Assembly (NCBI GenBank): GCA_003344405.1
Contig: NOWV01000018.1
Coordinates: 806,001 to 855,400, forward strand
Source of the DNA: Trichoplax sp. H2
Lineage: Eukaryota
Length of the DNA stretch: 49,400 nt
Reading direction: 5' to 3'
The notes under the pieces: model-generated
Told to the model about the DNA's origin: nothing
Seen by the model: only the letters and a program-made list of their open reading frames with translations
The model's database searches: none
Shown here: positions 1 to 14,708 of the stretch, one piece after another
Numbering within the stretch: the first letter of the stretch is position 1
Layout: each line of letters begins with the position of its first letter
Translations under genes and position numbers: made by a program

Positions 1-16
1 TTATCCTTGCTTTTAG

Positions 17-2695
17 GTTAAACAGTCATTCTTTGATACCGATGGATCTAACAGTTTATTGCCTAAGCATCGAGCTCTCCTCTCAACACTCAAAAAGCAT
101 GATCCAATTCGCGATGAAAATGAGGGCTATGTAAATTATTTACGATTGTTATTCTGTTACAAAACACAATCAATAATGTATAATTGCAATTTTGCTCGAT
201 TATTCATCTTACGGATAATTTCTTAGTTTAGTCTCAAACTGTTATATTACATAAAAATATTTATGTGCATTAATGTTTCTGACTCGATTAAACTCAAAGG
301 GCCCTGGTTACATGAAATCAGAAACCCTTGCCAAATTTCAGGGACAATCTCTACGTAGAGGTATGAGCCGTGTAATAAAGAAAAAATGAGATAAACTCTA
401 TAAAATACAAAATTATTAGTAAATGTTTTGATAATTTATTGCTTTAAAATCTACTCTAAACTTTTTATATCTTACCGATGTGAACAGCTAATACGGCTGA
501 TAGTACTATCGGTCGTAAAGAATTATCTGGTTTCTCCAAAGCATTTACGACGGAACCAATTACCTTTAGGGCATACACCGCTAAGGTAGAAAATACGAAA
601 CTTCCTACTGTACGTTATCTCGTAAATTAGGAACTAATTTAAAATTCCAATCAATTTTCTAGCCAAATTATAGGCTACCTGATAGTGTAATGAGGCAAGA
701 TTTTTCAAGTATTAAGAATTTATCTGTAAGTTTTGGCTTAAAATGGAAATATCCTCGTTGATACCAGACATTATCTGGCATATAGTGTTATATTCACTTG
801 GAAATCTTGGGAAGCTAACAATAATAAGAAAATTTTCTTTAAGATAAAAATTTATACTATTTTGTCTGCTTGATATTTATTAAAGATTTAGCATTAACAA
901 ATTGCACTTGGTGGTTAAAGTTTTAACGAATTTGATGATGGTAACTAAATATACGCGTGTTGTTGCATATGTTAACGTTTCGTAGGGGAAAGAAACATTC
1001 CCATCTATTGCAAGCCGTGGTCGACGTTCAGATGGCTATACTGAAGGGACAACGACCAAGAACGTGTATTTGGAAAACAGTAATTTTCATGTAAGAGAAT
1101 TAAATAACTGGACCAGTGTAGTGGTGATAAATAAAGAATTACTAACAACGAGATGGATGTAGTTTTACCGAAGATTTACTGCTCGAGTACAATTTTAAAA
1201 TGTAAAATTTTGAAGTGAAAATTACACTGTCATCTTTAATTGCTTGATAAATAGGGATTTACTGATCAAGAGGATCTCCATCCCAAAGTCAGAGACTATT
1301 TAAAAAAGAAGGATCCTCTGGAATACGTTAACATCACGAATCCTACCAGGAATATAAAGTAAATGATACAACTATTAAGGCTATTTTATGTTTAGCTTTC
1401 TTCGGTTTTTACTATATTTACGTGAAAACAGATTTACACAATAATTTGTAGAATAGCTACAGTTGTGAAGATATATATTGTACTGCAATTAATGAGATTA
1501 CAGTATACTTATATCTTAATTAGCATCGAATAATTGGACTGTATAGTATTTGCGATGTTTAAAATGTCATCATGACATATATCCGATGAAAAAAATTTAA
1601 AGATAGTCGCTAACTGTTAAAGTCAATTCTTAAGGCTAAGCGCAGTATTTTTCCCCTGATATAAAATACCATAGTTTCCGAATACTTCTAATAAATATAG
1701 TAAATCGAAGCAAACTGGGGGAAAATCGTAGTATCTAATAGTTAGCCCTTCCACGTTATACTATACCTATCTTTTGCACAAAGTAAGATACGCTGTCATA
1801 GCATTTTTTCAATGGTATTGAGAAGTTTTCGTGACTCTTTTTCTTCCAATTCGCTTGGCAGTTTGAACAAGATCCAATTTGATGGCAGATTGGTTCGAGA
1901 CAAGTCTAATAGTGAAAAAATTGGTCTTGTTAAATATGGCAATAAGGTAATTAGTAGCAACGTTAAGATGAAGTACATCTAAATATTTCACTTTTAATCA
2001 GTAATAATTTTATAAAGCTAATGATAAATAACAGAGTTCTATCGTTTTAGGAACTATCTGGATTTACAACTAATAATATATCGAAAATTAACAATTTCGA
2101 TAGAGCAAATGCCGCAGAGGGTTTTTTGACTACTTACAACGCCAAGTATATACTAGTTATAGTAGATAATTAATAAATAGCTAAAGTAATTGACAATGTT
2201 AACCTTTATTTGATTTATAATTATGATAATTCTCTAAGGTCTTTAAATTAACTTAATTAAGTAAAGTAATTAAATTTTGGTCTAGATGTGCATGTAATTT
2301 GTTTCCTAATCATTAATTTATATATTTATTTCATCGCATTAAAATTTTTGCTAAGCCTTAAAGTTATTCCTTCTTAGGTTTAGGAACGTGAATTCAGGGA
2401 AAAATTTTTCGCAGAGATCTCCTGCCAATATTAATCCAGCAAAGCCTGATGGATACACCAAAAGCATCCAAGTTCATAAGAGTTCCGATACAACAGCTGC
2501 GCTTCGGAAGTTGAATCCTTATGTCGCAAGGTAATCTAATCGATATTAAATTCAGAAACTATCGTTTGTTGCCTGTATTATTTCAGATTAATATTAATAG
2601 CTTTCTCATTTATCGAATATTGTTCTAGGAGTATCAAGCGTCGGGATCCTTATTATGATGATCATGTCTATGATCATAAAATACGTAGAAAGTAA
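17..2695 (+). CDS. SAXO4: Stabilizer of axonemal microtubules 4 / PPP1R32 (IIIG9)-like ciliary microtubule inner protein; 3' portion, 5' end outside the window
   Basis: Ten GT-AG exons join in phase: 17-130, 300-360, 488-585, 663-725, 986-1090, 1255-1358, 1862-1946, 2051-2145, 2378-2530, 2629-2695 (TAA). Translation includes DPIRDENEGYGPGYMKSET, TIGRKELSGFSK, SVMRQDF, GKETFPSIASRGRRSDGYT, KELSGFTTNN, FLTTYNAKF, PDGYTKS and LRKLNPYVARSIKRRDPYY. These match, in order, motifs I recall from vertebrate PPP1R32/SAXO4 (SIGAKEGSGFTK, SVTKSDF, KEPTGFSLNN, YLTTYNQG, LRHLHPHVGRTLTSADPFY). Confidence 0.85.
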
Positions 2696-3759
2696 CAGAC
2701 TTGCATCGTATTAAATTGTTATGCAATTATTTATATTGAGTTAATTGCATTTGTTTCATAATGATATATCCTCTTGAATTATGTAATAGCGGTAAAGTAT
2801 GTTATATTATGGTATTTAAACTACCTTAATGGCTAGCGTGAGATAAACCAATGTCATTTAAGCTTGAGATATCAGGCTGATTCTATCATAAGTTCGTTTT
2901 TAATTTGCAACAATCTTAGTAATAGTGATGCTTACATAGAATTACTATATTTTAAAGCTTCGACAGGCTCTTTACAAGTCTGGATTTCACGAGCTCTTAA
3001 TGTGGCATACAATTGGGTCTTGTAGTTTTGCTAAAACATTAGCTGATATGTAACAACAAGACTTTATCTCTATAATTATAAAAAGTGATATCAGTATCTC
3101 AACATATATTTAAAATATCTTATGCAAACGTTCAGTATCTTCAGTACGGTGTAATTTGGTCTTCTTAAAACGATAATCAATCTTAATGTGGATTGAATAA
3201 ATGAAAGATATTCATGAAAAATGTTTTGCCTACATAATATGTACGGTTAGTTTATCGTCCTAGAAAATTTATCCTTGGTTGTCCATTTTTATGAAAGCAA
3301 TAGCCAAAATAGCTCATGAACCAAGGCATTCTATAACCGTATTCATTTAACAGCTAGCTAATCATAATTACTATCGTGATAATGGATTTGAGCTTCAGAC
3401 AGTGCGATTGAGTAATAACTATATCATTAATATCATTTTGATCAAAATGATCAATCGGATAGTATTCGTCTTGATTAACCGTAGTAAGGTTTACGAAATT
3501 GCTAATATTAAAGAATGACGCTTAGTGGACAGATTACATAACTCGATTCTAAATTTTACATCATGCAAAAGCATGCATTCAGAAGCTTTGTAGTATGCAA
3601 TACGATGGAATTTGTTGTAACACAAATAACACTAAATACAATTTCGTTGAATAGAAGGAAAAGCCATCTTTAATTTTAGCAAAGAGCTGCTATACTATTT
3701 GATGTCTCGCAAACGTATGGGATGTTGTACGGACCATATAACAATATCAATGTCGGCTC

Positions 3760-4552
3760 CGGCTCCTTCGTTGTTCACTGACTAACAAGTAAAACATACT
3801 CTTAACGATAATAGCGAATCAACTAAACAGTTACGATACGAAACATGTCAGCAATTATGTCAAATCTTTAGTAAAATTTCTGAAAAATTACTATTTATCA
3901 ATAATCCTATTCCAGTTCGATGGTATGAAATTCTACAATTACTTCTAGAAGAAAGGGAAGAAAAGACGATAAAGAAGATACTTACTAAGGCAGAAATTAA
4001 AGACTTGATATCCATACATCATTTAGCTGAAGACGGATAGAATATAGATCATTTGTTATCATACTTGCATGATATCGGACAAATTGTCTATTGTGATAAG
4101 GACAAGATTTTAAGTAAAATGATAGTATCAGATATCGATTGGATGATTGAGGTATTTTGTTCATTAATTCAAATTACACTTTTCAAATCTCCTCATACCG
4201 ATGACTGGACAGATTGTGAGAAGATTAAGATTACTGGTAAAATAAGTGAACGATACATTCGACATGTTTGGTTTAAATTTAATCTAGATGACGATCATCG
4301 AAATGATGTATTATCTCTTAGGACTCATTACCATATACTATGTTCAGCAAGTGAATTGAAAGGAAATGATCATATCTATTTTATTCCATATCTTCTTCAT
4401 ACACAACCTAAGGGCGATGAATTATATCCATGGAATAGTGCAAAGTCGAAATGTATCTATTTAGAATTTGATTAGGAAGAGTTACCTAGTATTTCTGATA
4501 TATTTTATTGTTTGATTCCACTATGTAGCAAAGTATTCATATCAACGCAGCC
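3760..4552 (+). pseudogene. Roco-family (Roc-COR) gene fragment, COR domain, with in-frame stops
   Basis: One frame reads ...LFTD*QVKH...FINNPIPVRWYEILQLL...AEDG*NIDHLLSYLHDIGQIVYCDKD...IVSDIDWMIEVF...YFIPYLL...YLEFD*EELPSISDIFYCLIPLC. IPxxW, LxxLHxxGxIxY, IxDxxW and YFIPxLL are typical COR motifs. Stops at 3783-3785, 4038-4040 and 4473-4475 interrupt the homology. Confidence 0.75.
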
Positions 4553-4720
4553 GAAAACAGTCCCTATCAAAGTATCTGTAGAGACATAGATGAAAATGGT
4601 CCCTATCAAAGTGTGTGCAGATATAGACGAAAACGGCCCCTATCAAAGTGTCTGTAGAGACACGGACGGAAATGGCCGCAACCAAAGTGTCTGCAGAGAC
4701 ACAGACGAAAACGGTTCCTA
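4553..4720 (+). repeat. 39-bp tandem repeat, about 4.3 copies
   Basis: Units start at 4553, 4592, 4629, 4668 and 4707; consensus gaaaacggtccctatcaaagtgtctgtagagacacagac. The second unit is 37 bp (2-nt deletion). Confidence 0.92.
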
Positions 4721-7700
4721 ATTATTATTGATTATACTCAAAATTAGCGTAATATACTATCGTTTCATGACCGAATTAAATATTTTATAACATTGAAGTA
4801 CGGTCTGGTATTTTCTGCGATTTTTTCTAAACTAGAAGTTGAACATTTACGTCAGTTTTTTATTTTAGAATGTTAATTAATTTTATGATCTGAAATGTTA
4901 AGCAGTCAATGTTGGATTAAATAGTTACGTGGGTCGAGTTATATTGTAAAATATGTTGCAATGACAATTATTATTGTTAGCGAACTTTTATTAAAATCTT
5001 TTGAAGTAGTCATGTTATATATATATATTTTAATTACTTTAAAGGATGTTTATATTCGCTTATATAATGTTTTACCACATTAAAAATAACGTTCTATTTA
5101 AGTGTATTTTGTCAAGTCGTTCATTGATATAAGACTTCATGTAAGAGCTGTTTATTTTATACTTCCTTAAATTTTAGGTTGAATACGGTATTACTGTATG
5201 TAGATTGTTTTACCATTAGAATAGTATTTTAACATTTTGATTATTGAATTTTTGATTTCAATCATTCGGAATTATAGATAAATGAATTTTTTTCCTCCAT
5301 TCTCAACATTAACGTTAATATGCGAAGTTCAATTAACTGGATAGCAATTGCCTATGTAATAAAATATCAGTCATATTATTTATCGCTCATCATCATCTAT
5401 TCAGAAAATTTACATTTCGTTATGTATTGTTACTATGACTAAAATTATATGTTCATGAGAATGTAGCAAAATCAGGCTCTGCCTATGCTTTAAGATAACA
5501 TACTAAACTGCCTAAAGCTTGTAAATTGTTTATTATTCGATACTACATTATTAACTAAAGAAAATTATATTATAAATAGCAAAGATTTACATTATTAAGT
5601 AAAGAATATCCTACTACAAATAGCAAAGATTTCTTGAAAACAAGCATCAAATCTAAATTTTGTAAGTTTTTTTTATGCTTGTATTGACGGTTGCTAGGAA
5701 ATTTATTGTCTTTGATGAACGGACTAATCATTACAATTATCAAGTATTCATTTTGATATTGAGCAAACAATAATTAACTAAACGCATAATTACTGATGAA
5801 ATAGTAGAAAAATTTAAGTTTATTACATTGAAGTTGCGACTCTTTGTTTCAATGTCTTAATTTATACCAACACAGAAGTCAATGATAAAATTCGAAAAGT
5901 CAATAATTGAGAATTCTTCGCTTTCATGTTCTACGGTATGGATTTGTGTTGATCAAGATATACACCTATTCATTTATCTTATTAATGATAATTCGCACCT
6001 TTAAGTGGTACTACTTTAATATCAGTATGAAACGAATTTGAAATGCAAAAACAATTTACTTTGCGACTTTTATAGTATAGCATTTTCGTATGAGCACTTT
6101 ACCAGAGTAACGTTCATTTTTCTTCATAACCTTAAGCGCGGCTACGAGTATTATCTTTAATTTGCATGATCTTATGAGAGTTCAACGCTAAGTTATAAGG
6201 ATTTAATACAGTACAGTACATATGAATATATTCAAGGTAATGCATTAGTACACTATAGCTCGTATTTAGCCATCTAACAGAAAATGATCAATTGCACTAT
6301 AGCCTAATTTATTGACCTCATCCAAGAATTGTCCAGCAATAGCTAATTTGGGCTCACCATCTTAAATTAATCATTTTCTACATTTAGAGAGGAGCCTTTA
6401 GTGGATAAATTAGATAACCCTATTTTAACTTTCATATGATGGAAGAGCATGCTTCACGAACTTGCAATACGCAGTATGGTGGAATTTACTGTAACGTGAA
6501 TACAGCTAAATCCAACTTGCTGAATACGAAGACAAGCGCAATTTTGATGAATAGCTTCCATTTCCTCCTACTATTTTATATCTCGTAAACAGATCAAGGG
6601 TATACACTGTCTTCAATGGCGGCTCAGCATATTGCTTATCTATAAGCAGTAACTAACTGCGTTATTCTCATAGAAGAACAGATTCTTTACATGTTGAATC
6701 AGTAGCTACTGCCATGGACTACAGTATTTAGCCTATCTTAAGCTATAATAATTATTCATCACTCAACCAATTAGAAGTCTTCGTTGCGTAATCAATTATT
6801 CTCTAAAATACTATAGTTCATAATAGAGTCTGTGCTAAATGACATTTCTATGCTTTATAAATGTTCATTCATTTAAATTTTGATTAGAATTCCTGAACTT
6901 ATACACGTATATTGGCCAATAAATTATTACGTATATATTGAATAATGTACCTGTTACAATAGTAGTGTAAGGATTTTGTATTTACATATAAAGTATGTGT
7001 TACAGTTAATAGACAAGTTTATATGTGACCTATGAAGTTTCTATTAAATCATATCAAATGCGATGGTATTTCTCAGAATCGAATCCTATTTTAATTTACT
7101 AAATTAAAAACGTCTAAATTATCCTTTGCATATTTAAATAAACACTTATTCATTCGCATATGGTATAACTCCAATTGGGAGGGCTTTTTCGATTACACTT
7201 TGCTATTTTTACGAAGCCTCAGTGATGTTCTGGCTTAAGATTATACGTGTAGTAGTTTCTCTTTCAAATTATATCTTTAGGTTTTACTATAAATTTTAGC
7301 CTTTGCATTTGTGAATATGTTAACGGCAGATACCATACATTACGAATCAACAATTTTCATCTAGAACTCTATATAAAGTAGAGAGTACTAGTATAAATAC
7401 ATTACCTGAATGAGGACTGTACAATACATTTCGTTAGTATTCTTAATGCTAAATATATTTAATGATTTCTTTTTGTATCCTTAAGTTAGAATAGATTCCT
7501 TAAAGGCTTTAAAAAATCCAAAGACTCTTCAAATCTACTATATAAATGTACATCGATGTACCATAAAGGACCCACGGCACATTTTCTTAAATAAAGTATC
7601 ATCATGTGTAGAGAATAGTTCAAATGCCTATGATATTTACAGGTATCAGTTTAGGGAGACCTATACGAAAAGACTTAAAATGAATTTGAAATACAAAAAT

Positions 7701-10497
7701 ATAACGCTACACATCTTGTTTTCTCGCTTGAGATTGAAATGCAATAATGTGCAACATATGAACACTTTACTTGATTAATATTCATTTTCTCACAATAAAT
7801 AAGCATGATTAATAGCAATGTCCATAATTATATATGGTTGATTAATTTTTAGTCATAAAAATTTAGTTACTGGAAATAAATCTAGATTTAACACATGCAA
7901 TCAATGTAGTATGTATATAATCATATACTCTGGTTTTAAGTTATACGCTCGTATAGTAGAAAATAGGTGATCACACTATAATTTATTGATACTACGCTAC
8001 TAGCGATTTCGTCACGGCTAATTTGTCTAACCATCCCTAATACATTACTTTCTGTCGTATGTATAAGGTAAAATAAATGGATTACTTAGCCTAATCTTAA
8101 CATTTTATTTACATAAAATTGGATCACCCTTTGCTTTATATTTAGTTGAAAATGGACAGTACCGGTACTCCATGAAATAGATATGAATAATGCATGAGAA
8201 TAAATAGACAAGTACATAAAATACGTATATTTACTAAGCAAGAAACTGTAACATGACTAGTGTTATGTGTTAAGATGAATGAATCTGAACTGGGAGTTAA
8301 GCTAAATCATTTATTTTCTTGTTTTCTCAATAGCAAAACTGCAATCTATTTAAGGGAATTCGATTTTAGATTTTATTAATAAAATGAGCATAGTATTATG
8401 ATATTAAGACTAAACAAACTGTTTTATAAATATACGAGCATAGAATTTCTTTTTTCACTTTAGCAATGCATGACTTATTATAGACATGTTAGGTTAAAGG
8501 CAAATAGATACTACTAATTGCATAGCTTAGATGATAATCTAACAATACTGCACATCGCTTATATGCGAGGATACTATTGAAATGATAAGGTTGATCAGTG
8601 CAGAAAAAGATTAATCAACTTGTGGATTATCGCGTCAATGAAATAGATTAACAACCTTAAGAGTAGACATCAGCTTTATTGATATAGCTAGGCCTAATCA
8701 ACACGCTAGCATTTAAATGCAATGGATTGAATATCAGCATTCTTCATGAACAAGCGAATAATTGATGAATAGAAAACAGATTGATCAATCAGCCTAATCG
8801 TAAATTCACCAATAACTAAATAGTCAATACTTTTATCATCGGTTTTCGTAGGTTCAAAGTTATGAAAAGACCTAAATACATAACTCTCACGGTAGTCTTT
8901 AATCCATTTTATCTGTAATCAATTCTTTTATACATTGGATTGAAAGGAATGCATATCAATTAGATATTATCTCGTTAGCGGAGCTGGTATCTTTTCAATA
9001 ACACTATACGTTTATTTACATTTATCAGAATAATTTACTACAGTCGTGAGAAATAATGCAATCTTACATCGTTAGCTAGTCTAATTTAATTGGATTATTA
9101 TCATAACCCTTTCAATTAGGAGCACCTTTAGCTTTCAAAAATGCGTAACATGTACATTGCTTTTGGATCTTCATAGTTTTTGAATCTTGATGTAAATAAA
9201 TGGATAGATTAGTTTCTGTAGCGATTGCGGCCTCAACGAATAATTAATAACACCCATCTGTTCTTTTTATATCCGTTTGTTTCTTTGGCGCGCTATCAAT
9301 TTTTATCGTTTTATTTCACCCTTTATCTGACGTATGATTTATGGATCATAGGTTGGATCTGTTATCCAGTGATGATGCTGATGAATATGTTCTATGTACA
9401 CATTGATGAAAGGTAAAGAATAGGAGAGTGACGACGTCAGAATGTTAACGCATATGTTTAGAAAGCTACCAACAATATTTGTATATCGATGGCATGGATG
9501 ATCAGTGAATTGTATAAACTTCATATTGTTCTCTCTTAACTAGTTGTATAGTACAATTTAGGCAATTAGTTGGAATTGACATCTTTTATATCCGATTGTA
9601 TAAATTACATTTAATTACCTTGGAGTTCATAATGTAAATATGCTGCTATTGGTCCACTTAATCGTTACCTTTATGTCATGTAAAGCTTACTACTACGATA
9701 CTTAACTACTATTCTAAATTGCCGATACGCGTCTACCCATTTTTCTATCCAACATATACAGTAAGATGAGATTACAACGTTGATTACAACTAAGGAATTA
9801 CAGTATTTTCCATCGCATAATAAACAAGAATTAAAATTGTGCCGTATCTAAGTTATCACTTTAGATATCTAATCTTTTTTCAATTATTGGTTTGGAATTG
9901 GATCCTGCATGGGAAGTAATATCCAATGACAACGAAAACAAGTAAGTCAAGATAATAATTAATAGCAAAGAGTAAACATTTTATCGATAAAAAATCGGCC
10001 CCGTTATTCAACTAGCTGCTGTTATACAGCCATCTTGTTAAGACAAAATTACCTATAAAATATATTGGTAGAATAGTAATGGTGACCATTTGGATATGTC
10101 AAGAGAAAGAAAAAACACTCTGTTCTCTAACAATTTCTACTCTGATAATAACGATAAGTTCTCATAAAAATTCTGAGAACTAATTACTGTACAAGTTATT
10201 TTAACTTACTGTACCTCCTAAGCCAAAAAATGATTTCTATTTGCTCTTTGTCTTCAATATTAATGTACCGTGTTTTACTAATCTCCTCGTTGGACATTAA
10301 AAGATGGCCCAGTCTTAATGTATGTAAACTAGGCGTAGAGTGATATAACATTGTCGTGGGAGTAGCGATCGGTAAAGGATGAGTCATAGTGTTTTCATAT
10401 TTGCTACAAAAACTCAGCATGAGCTAAAATTGATACCTTCCAATACCTTTTTTCTTACTCAGAACGTCTTTCTTTGCCTTGATAACTAATTTCCGTT

Positions 10498-10990
10498 ATA
10501 CAATAATTTAACGAAGGTGTCATATAAGTCCAAGTGATAGTTCATTTATTAATAGTTGGGCTTTAACGGAAATTGTAAAGATAGATTAGGCTAAAAGATT
10601 CCAAAGTACTATAATGAAAATAAATCGAGGAAGTAGTTTGGGTGATCATAAGGCTAATGGCTTTTTTGATGAACGGTGCAACATTATTTTCGATGTTATC
10701 ACTTCCTATCCAGCTATAATGGCGGTCATGTTTGATCGTCATTAATATCTCAGAATTAATTTTACGATTACAATTTAATATAATAACTCTAAGCACCTAT
10801 TCCTAAACCCTTCCTATTGCGGGAGTCTATGGAATCATCATCATTCAATCCGATATTTGTATTAGCATTAAGAAATTGAACTGTCTTATAACATGAAAAA
10901 TTAAAAATTTGACTGTCCTTATGGTATATACGGTCGCATCATCATTATTCTGTCGAAGGTACCAAAATAGTAAAATCAATCGGGTTTACG
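10498..10990 (-). pseudogene. Possible decayed class C GPCR (mGluR-like) Venus-flytrap domain fragment
   Basis: Minus strand gives DFTILVPSTE* (~10945-10978), then RVIILNC...HYSWIGSDNI...VAP (WIGSD at 10698-10712), then YNFR*SPTINK*TITW...YC. This resembles the mGluR motif order FxRVVPSD...ARVVV...WxGSDxW...YLKLRPETNHRNPWF...C. Two stops fall at positions one substitution from Leu and Arg codons. Similarity judged by eye only. Confidence 0.35.
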
Positions 10991-13900
10991 TAATGAGCAC
11001 AAGGATAAGTAAAGTTTCTCCAATAGAAAAGAAAGGTAGATATCAATCCGAGCAAACTATTCGAATCAAACGACCACAATATAGACTGATGGAATCAGAC
11101 TCGTACACCCGCTGATATCTCTACATTAATTTTAAATCGATCTTGTCCCGTCAAATACTGTAATAACGATTAAGGATCATTCTTTATTTCTATTGATTAT
11201 TATTATCTACCCATTAATGACGATATGATTGATTTTTCTCATGGTAGATGTAACAAAAAGCAGCCATTAGACACCCTCTAACATGAACTAATTTTCTTTG
11301 ACACCATGCGAACTATTAAAGTTAACAATTGAGAACTGAATATAAACGACAGTTTAATTTCCGTCATGGTAATTGTTTATTTTTACTCGTTAAAAAATGA
11401 GAATCGAGATGAAGTTGCAGCAATTTGCCACGTTAGAATAGTGGTTGATGATAATTATGCATTTTTTTACATGTTCAATCCATTATCTAAATTGTTACTG
11501 TAGTATATCGTTAAGTTTTTACTAATTGGATCAGTAGAAAGTCATTTTAATGTGAAAACTAGGTAATAGGATTGTCTAGGCAGCAAGCATCTTTGTTCGA
11601 AAGTTTTCAAAGTTGCAATAATGTAACAATAAAATTACATTAAACACATAGTTTTACATTAATTAAACTATGGAAACTCTTAATAGATGGCGTTAGTAAA
11701 TCGTAGATGTATTTTAAATCTATTTTTTGAGATCTGTAGAGTCATTTTAGCGTTTTTTCATTTCTCTGCATATAACATAAATATGATCAGATAAAAGTGG
11801 AAGAGGGTGGGAGGGGAATTTTGTCTCGTTTTTTTTGTCTTGATCTCGTCAAATTAATGATAAGTAAATGATGTAACCTCTATTACTCTTGCACACGATT
11901 CCAATTTCATTTTAATATGAAAGTTACCATCACTGCCCTACCAAACATATTGTAAGATATTTAATACTTTATCGTTGATCTTGGTTTGCTTATTCCTTCA
12001 TCATTGTACGAATATTAAAGTCTACTTATACGGTTATACTGTTAGCTTATTACAACAGAAAATAAAATCATCAAATCAATAATTCGTGGACTTCCCATTT
12101 TTATCGGAGTAATTAAAGTTACTTACATTCTGACCTTATCACCGTTAAATAAAAAAAACTATCCTAGTAATCATTATTTAATTCTTAGTAACTGGAATTG
12201 TTTTATTAAGCAATGTTTATGATTATTTTGATATAATTGAACAACTTTAGATATTATATCGTGACGCCGTGGAATTGAGATAAATTCCCTTTGATCAGAT
12301 CATCAAGGCTATCATGTCATTTAAGACTACATTTTGGTAGTGGTTTATACTCCGCTACAGTTAAACTCAAGACTTTCATGTCATTTAGTTTCTCCGAATT
12401 ATCGTAGATTATAATTTTAATTGAGGCGGTTATCTGCGCCCTCTTCCTATAATTTACTTTCAATAGACACTACTAAAAGTAACCTTAGCAATTTGACTTA
12501 TTCGCTTAAACGACATAAAATAGTCGTTACTTCAGTTTATATCCAGCAGATACTATAATTTCCTCCTGTAACTATGCTCAAGATTGATAAAGGATCATGC
12601 CGATTTAAAGTTTATCTATAACCGCGAGTTACTTGCTAACTATAGTTAAAGATTATGTCACATAATTAACCGTTAATGTATGTTTTATAGATAAACTTTG
12701 GTTAGCATTTTATACTGATTGTTACTACACTCGATAGGCTAGGGTTATAACTATCTATAAATTGGGAAATTATTTCCTTTGGTAATGATTATTACTTAAA
12801 AAATGCTGATGATATTAGATTATTTGCCTTTGGGTAATATATTATGCATGGGATGGAAATACACATGATAAAAAACGATGATCGGCGATTATGACGACAA
12901 TGATCATCCATGAAGGAGGCTAAGTAACGAGGGTTGGATTTCTTTCCCATAGCATCATTGTCATACAGTAGTATAGGGCATAACGGTCATGAAAGAGTGA
13001 TGTAGGATAATAGTAAGGGTAGAAAAGCGGCAATATAAGCGGACAATAAAACCAGGAGGCGATTTGAAAACAATATAAATAGATTTACATGATAAGAAAG
13101 AGACCAAGGAAATTTATTATTTTAATGCCCCCAACATCGATAAAGGCTCAATTAAAGCGATCTAAACTTCAATGATGACATCTTATTTGCTATTCATTGC
13201 CACGATGGTAGCAATATGTCCATTTTTTGAAGGTAGTGTTAACCATTTTTAGAAATAAGGACAGTGTGACCGTTGATGAATTTAATTCTATATTGGTCAA
13301 GTTGAATTTTCTAACCATGCCTGCCAACATTTTTATGTATTGTCATTCTCATGTCAATTATGCATAACGTTGATGAAAATCATCATCGCTATCATGTGAT
13401 TGATCAACTATCGATCTGATATGGCTTTGATCTCTATGCCGTGATGGCATAGAGCCAAGCCATGCAGTTGGTCATTGGATATTATTATTTTTAACACGTT
13501 AACGGGTGATAAAAATCAAACGTGATAATGCTATCTTTGACTTTTACTCAACACTAACTGTTCAAACACGATTATCAACCACGATATCAATAGTAATGAT
13601 TTTCCTTCATTCATGTAGCAGTAGGATTAGTGCATCAGAATGCGCTACTCTCCAACCTTCAATTAATTCCGATGATACTGTATGATGTAATGATGACAAC
13701 ATTTTATGCTATCAGTTGCTATGGTAGGTTACATAAGAATGGTAGAAATGTAAACATCGTATAAGTCATTGCTAAAATTATAACCGTCTGTTTTATCCTA
13801 CCATGGATCGCGTTTTAATGTTGATTTCACGTAATTGACGTTTAATTCTCACATTGCTTCCCTATGGATATTTATGCAAGGATAGTTTGTAACTTTCTAA

Positions 13901-14708
13901 TATGTAATAATTTAATGGGAGATTATTTTAGACCATCAAAAAGGGAAATATCCATCAGTCGTTGCATGCTATTTAATCATCACGGGAAAGCACGTGATAT
14001 CATTTGCTTACTGCAGACGACATCGATCGGGACAATAATATTTCTGGGCGTTTACTGTACATCGATCTGTGGATAATTAATCAACATTGGTATTTTTAAC
14101 GTTCCTCTTGGAGTATTTGTTTATGCCCGTATAAGATGTATTCAGTTTATAGTAGATACTCGATCAACTCGAGTATACTAATGGTACAGTAGATGAGTGA
14201 TAGTAGCGACTTAAATCAATATCATTCACGTTGGTAACGGTTGAAATAAAAAATAATAAAATATTGCCGTTACAATGACGACGAAAACTGTTCATAATAA
14301 TCCTCATGTTACCGCGATCTAATTGTGACCAATTACATTCTTTTACATCATTTGTTTGTATTATTCTTATCCTTCATGATAAAAAGGATGTTTCCTTGAT
14401 TAAATTGTTTCCTTTGATGAGACGATTGATCCTATGATATGATGATGATGATTGTTGAATGCTTTGCCTGGTACTGGATGGATGGCGCAAGTCCACGACA
14501 CAATGTTTATTATCTACTCGTTTTGAATCAAGCTGAGAAAATGAAGACTAAGACGGTACCATCGATCCCATCGACCGATTCAATACTTGTTGCTATTCTA
14601 TCCCTTACATTATAGCCCGGATCGCCATTGCATTTCATTCTCTTCGAATTAGGTTACAAAGTACAACTACCGTCGCTGTAGAGAATTCTATTCATTTAAA
14701 TCTTATTT

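Noticed and set aside
1796-1991. Minus-strand 60-aa ORFs, one with a hydrophobic N-terminus
   Set aside because: Antisense to a well-supported exon (1862-1946) of the SAXO4-like gene.
4553-4720. Repeat array considered as CRISPR-like
   Set aside because: Head-to-tail units without unique spacers, in a eukaryotic context.
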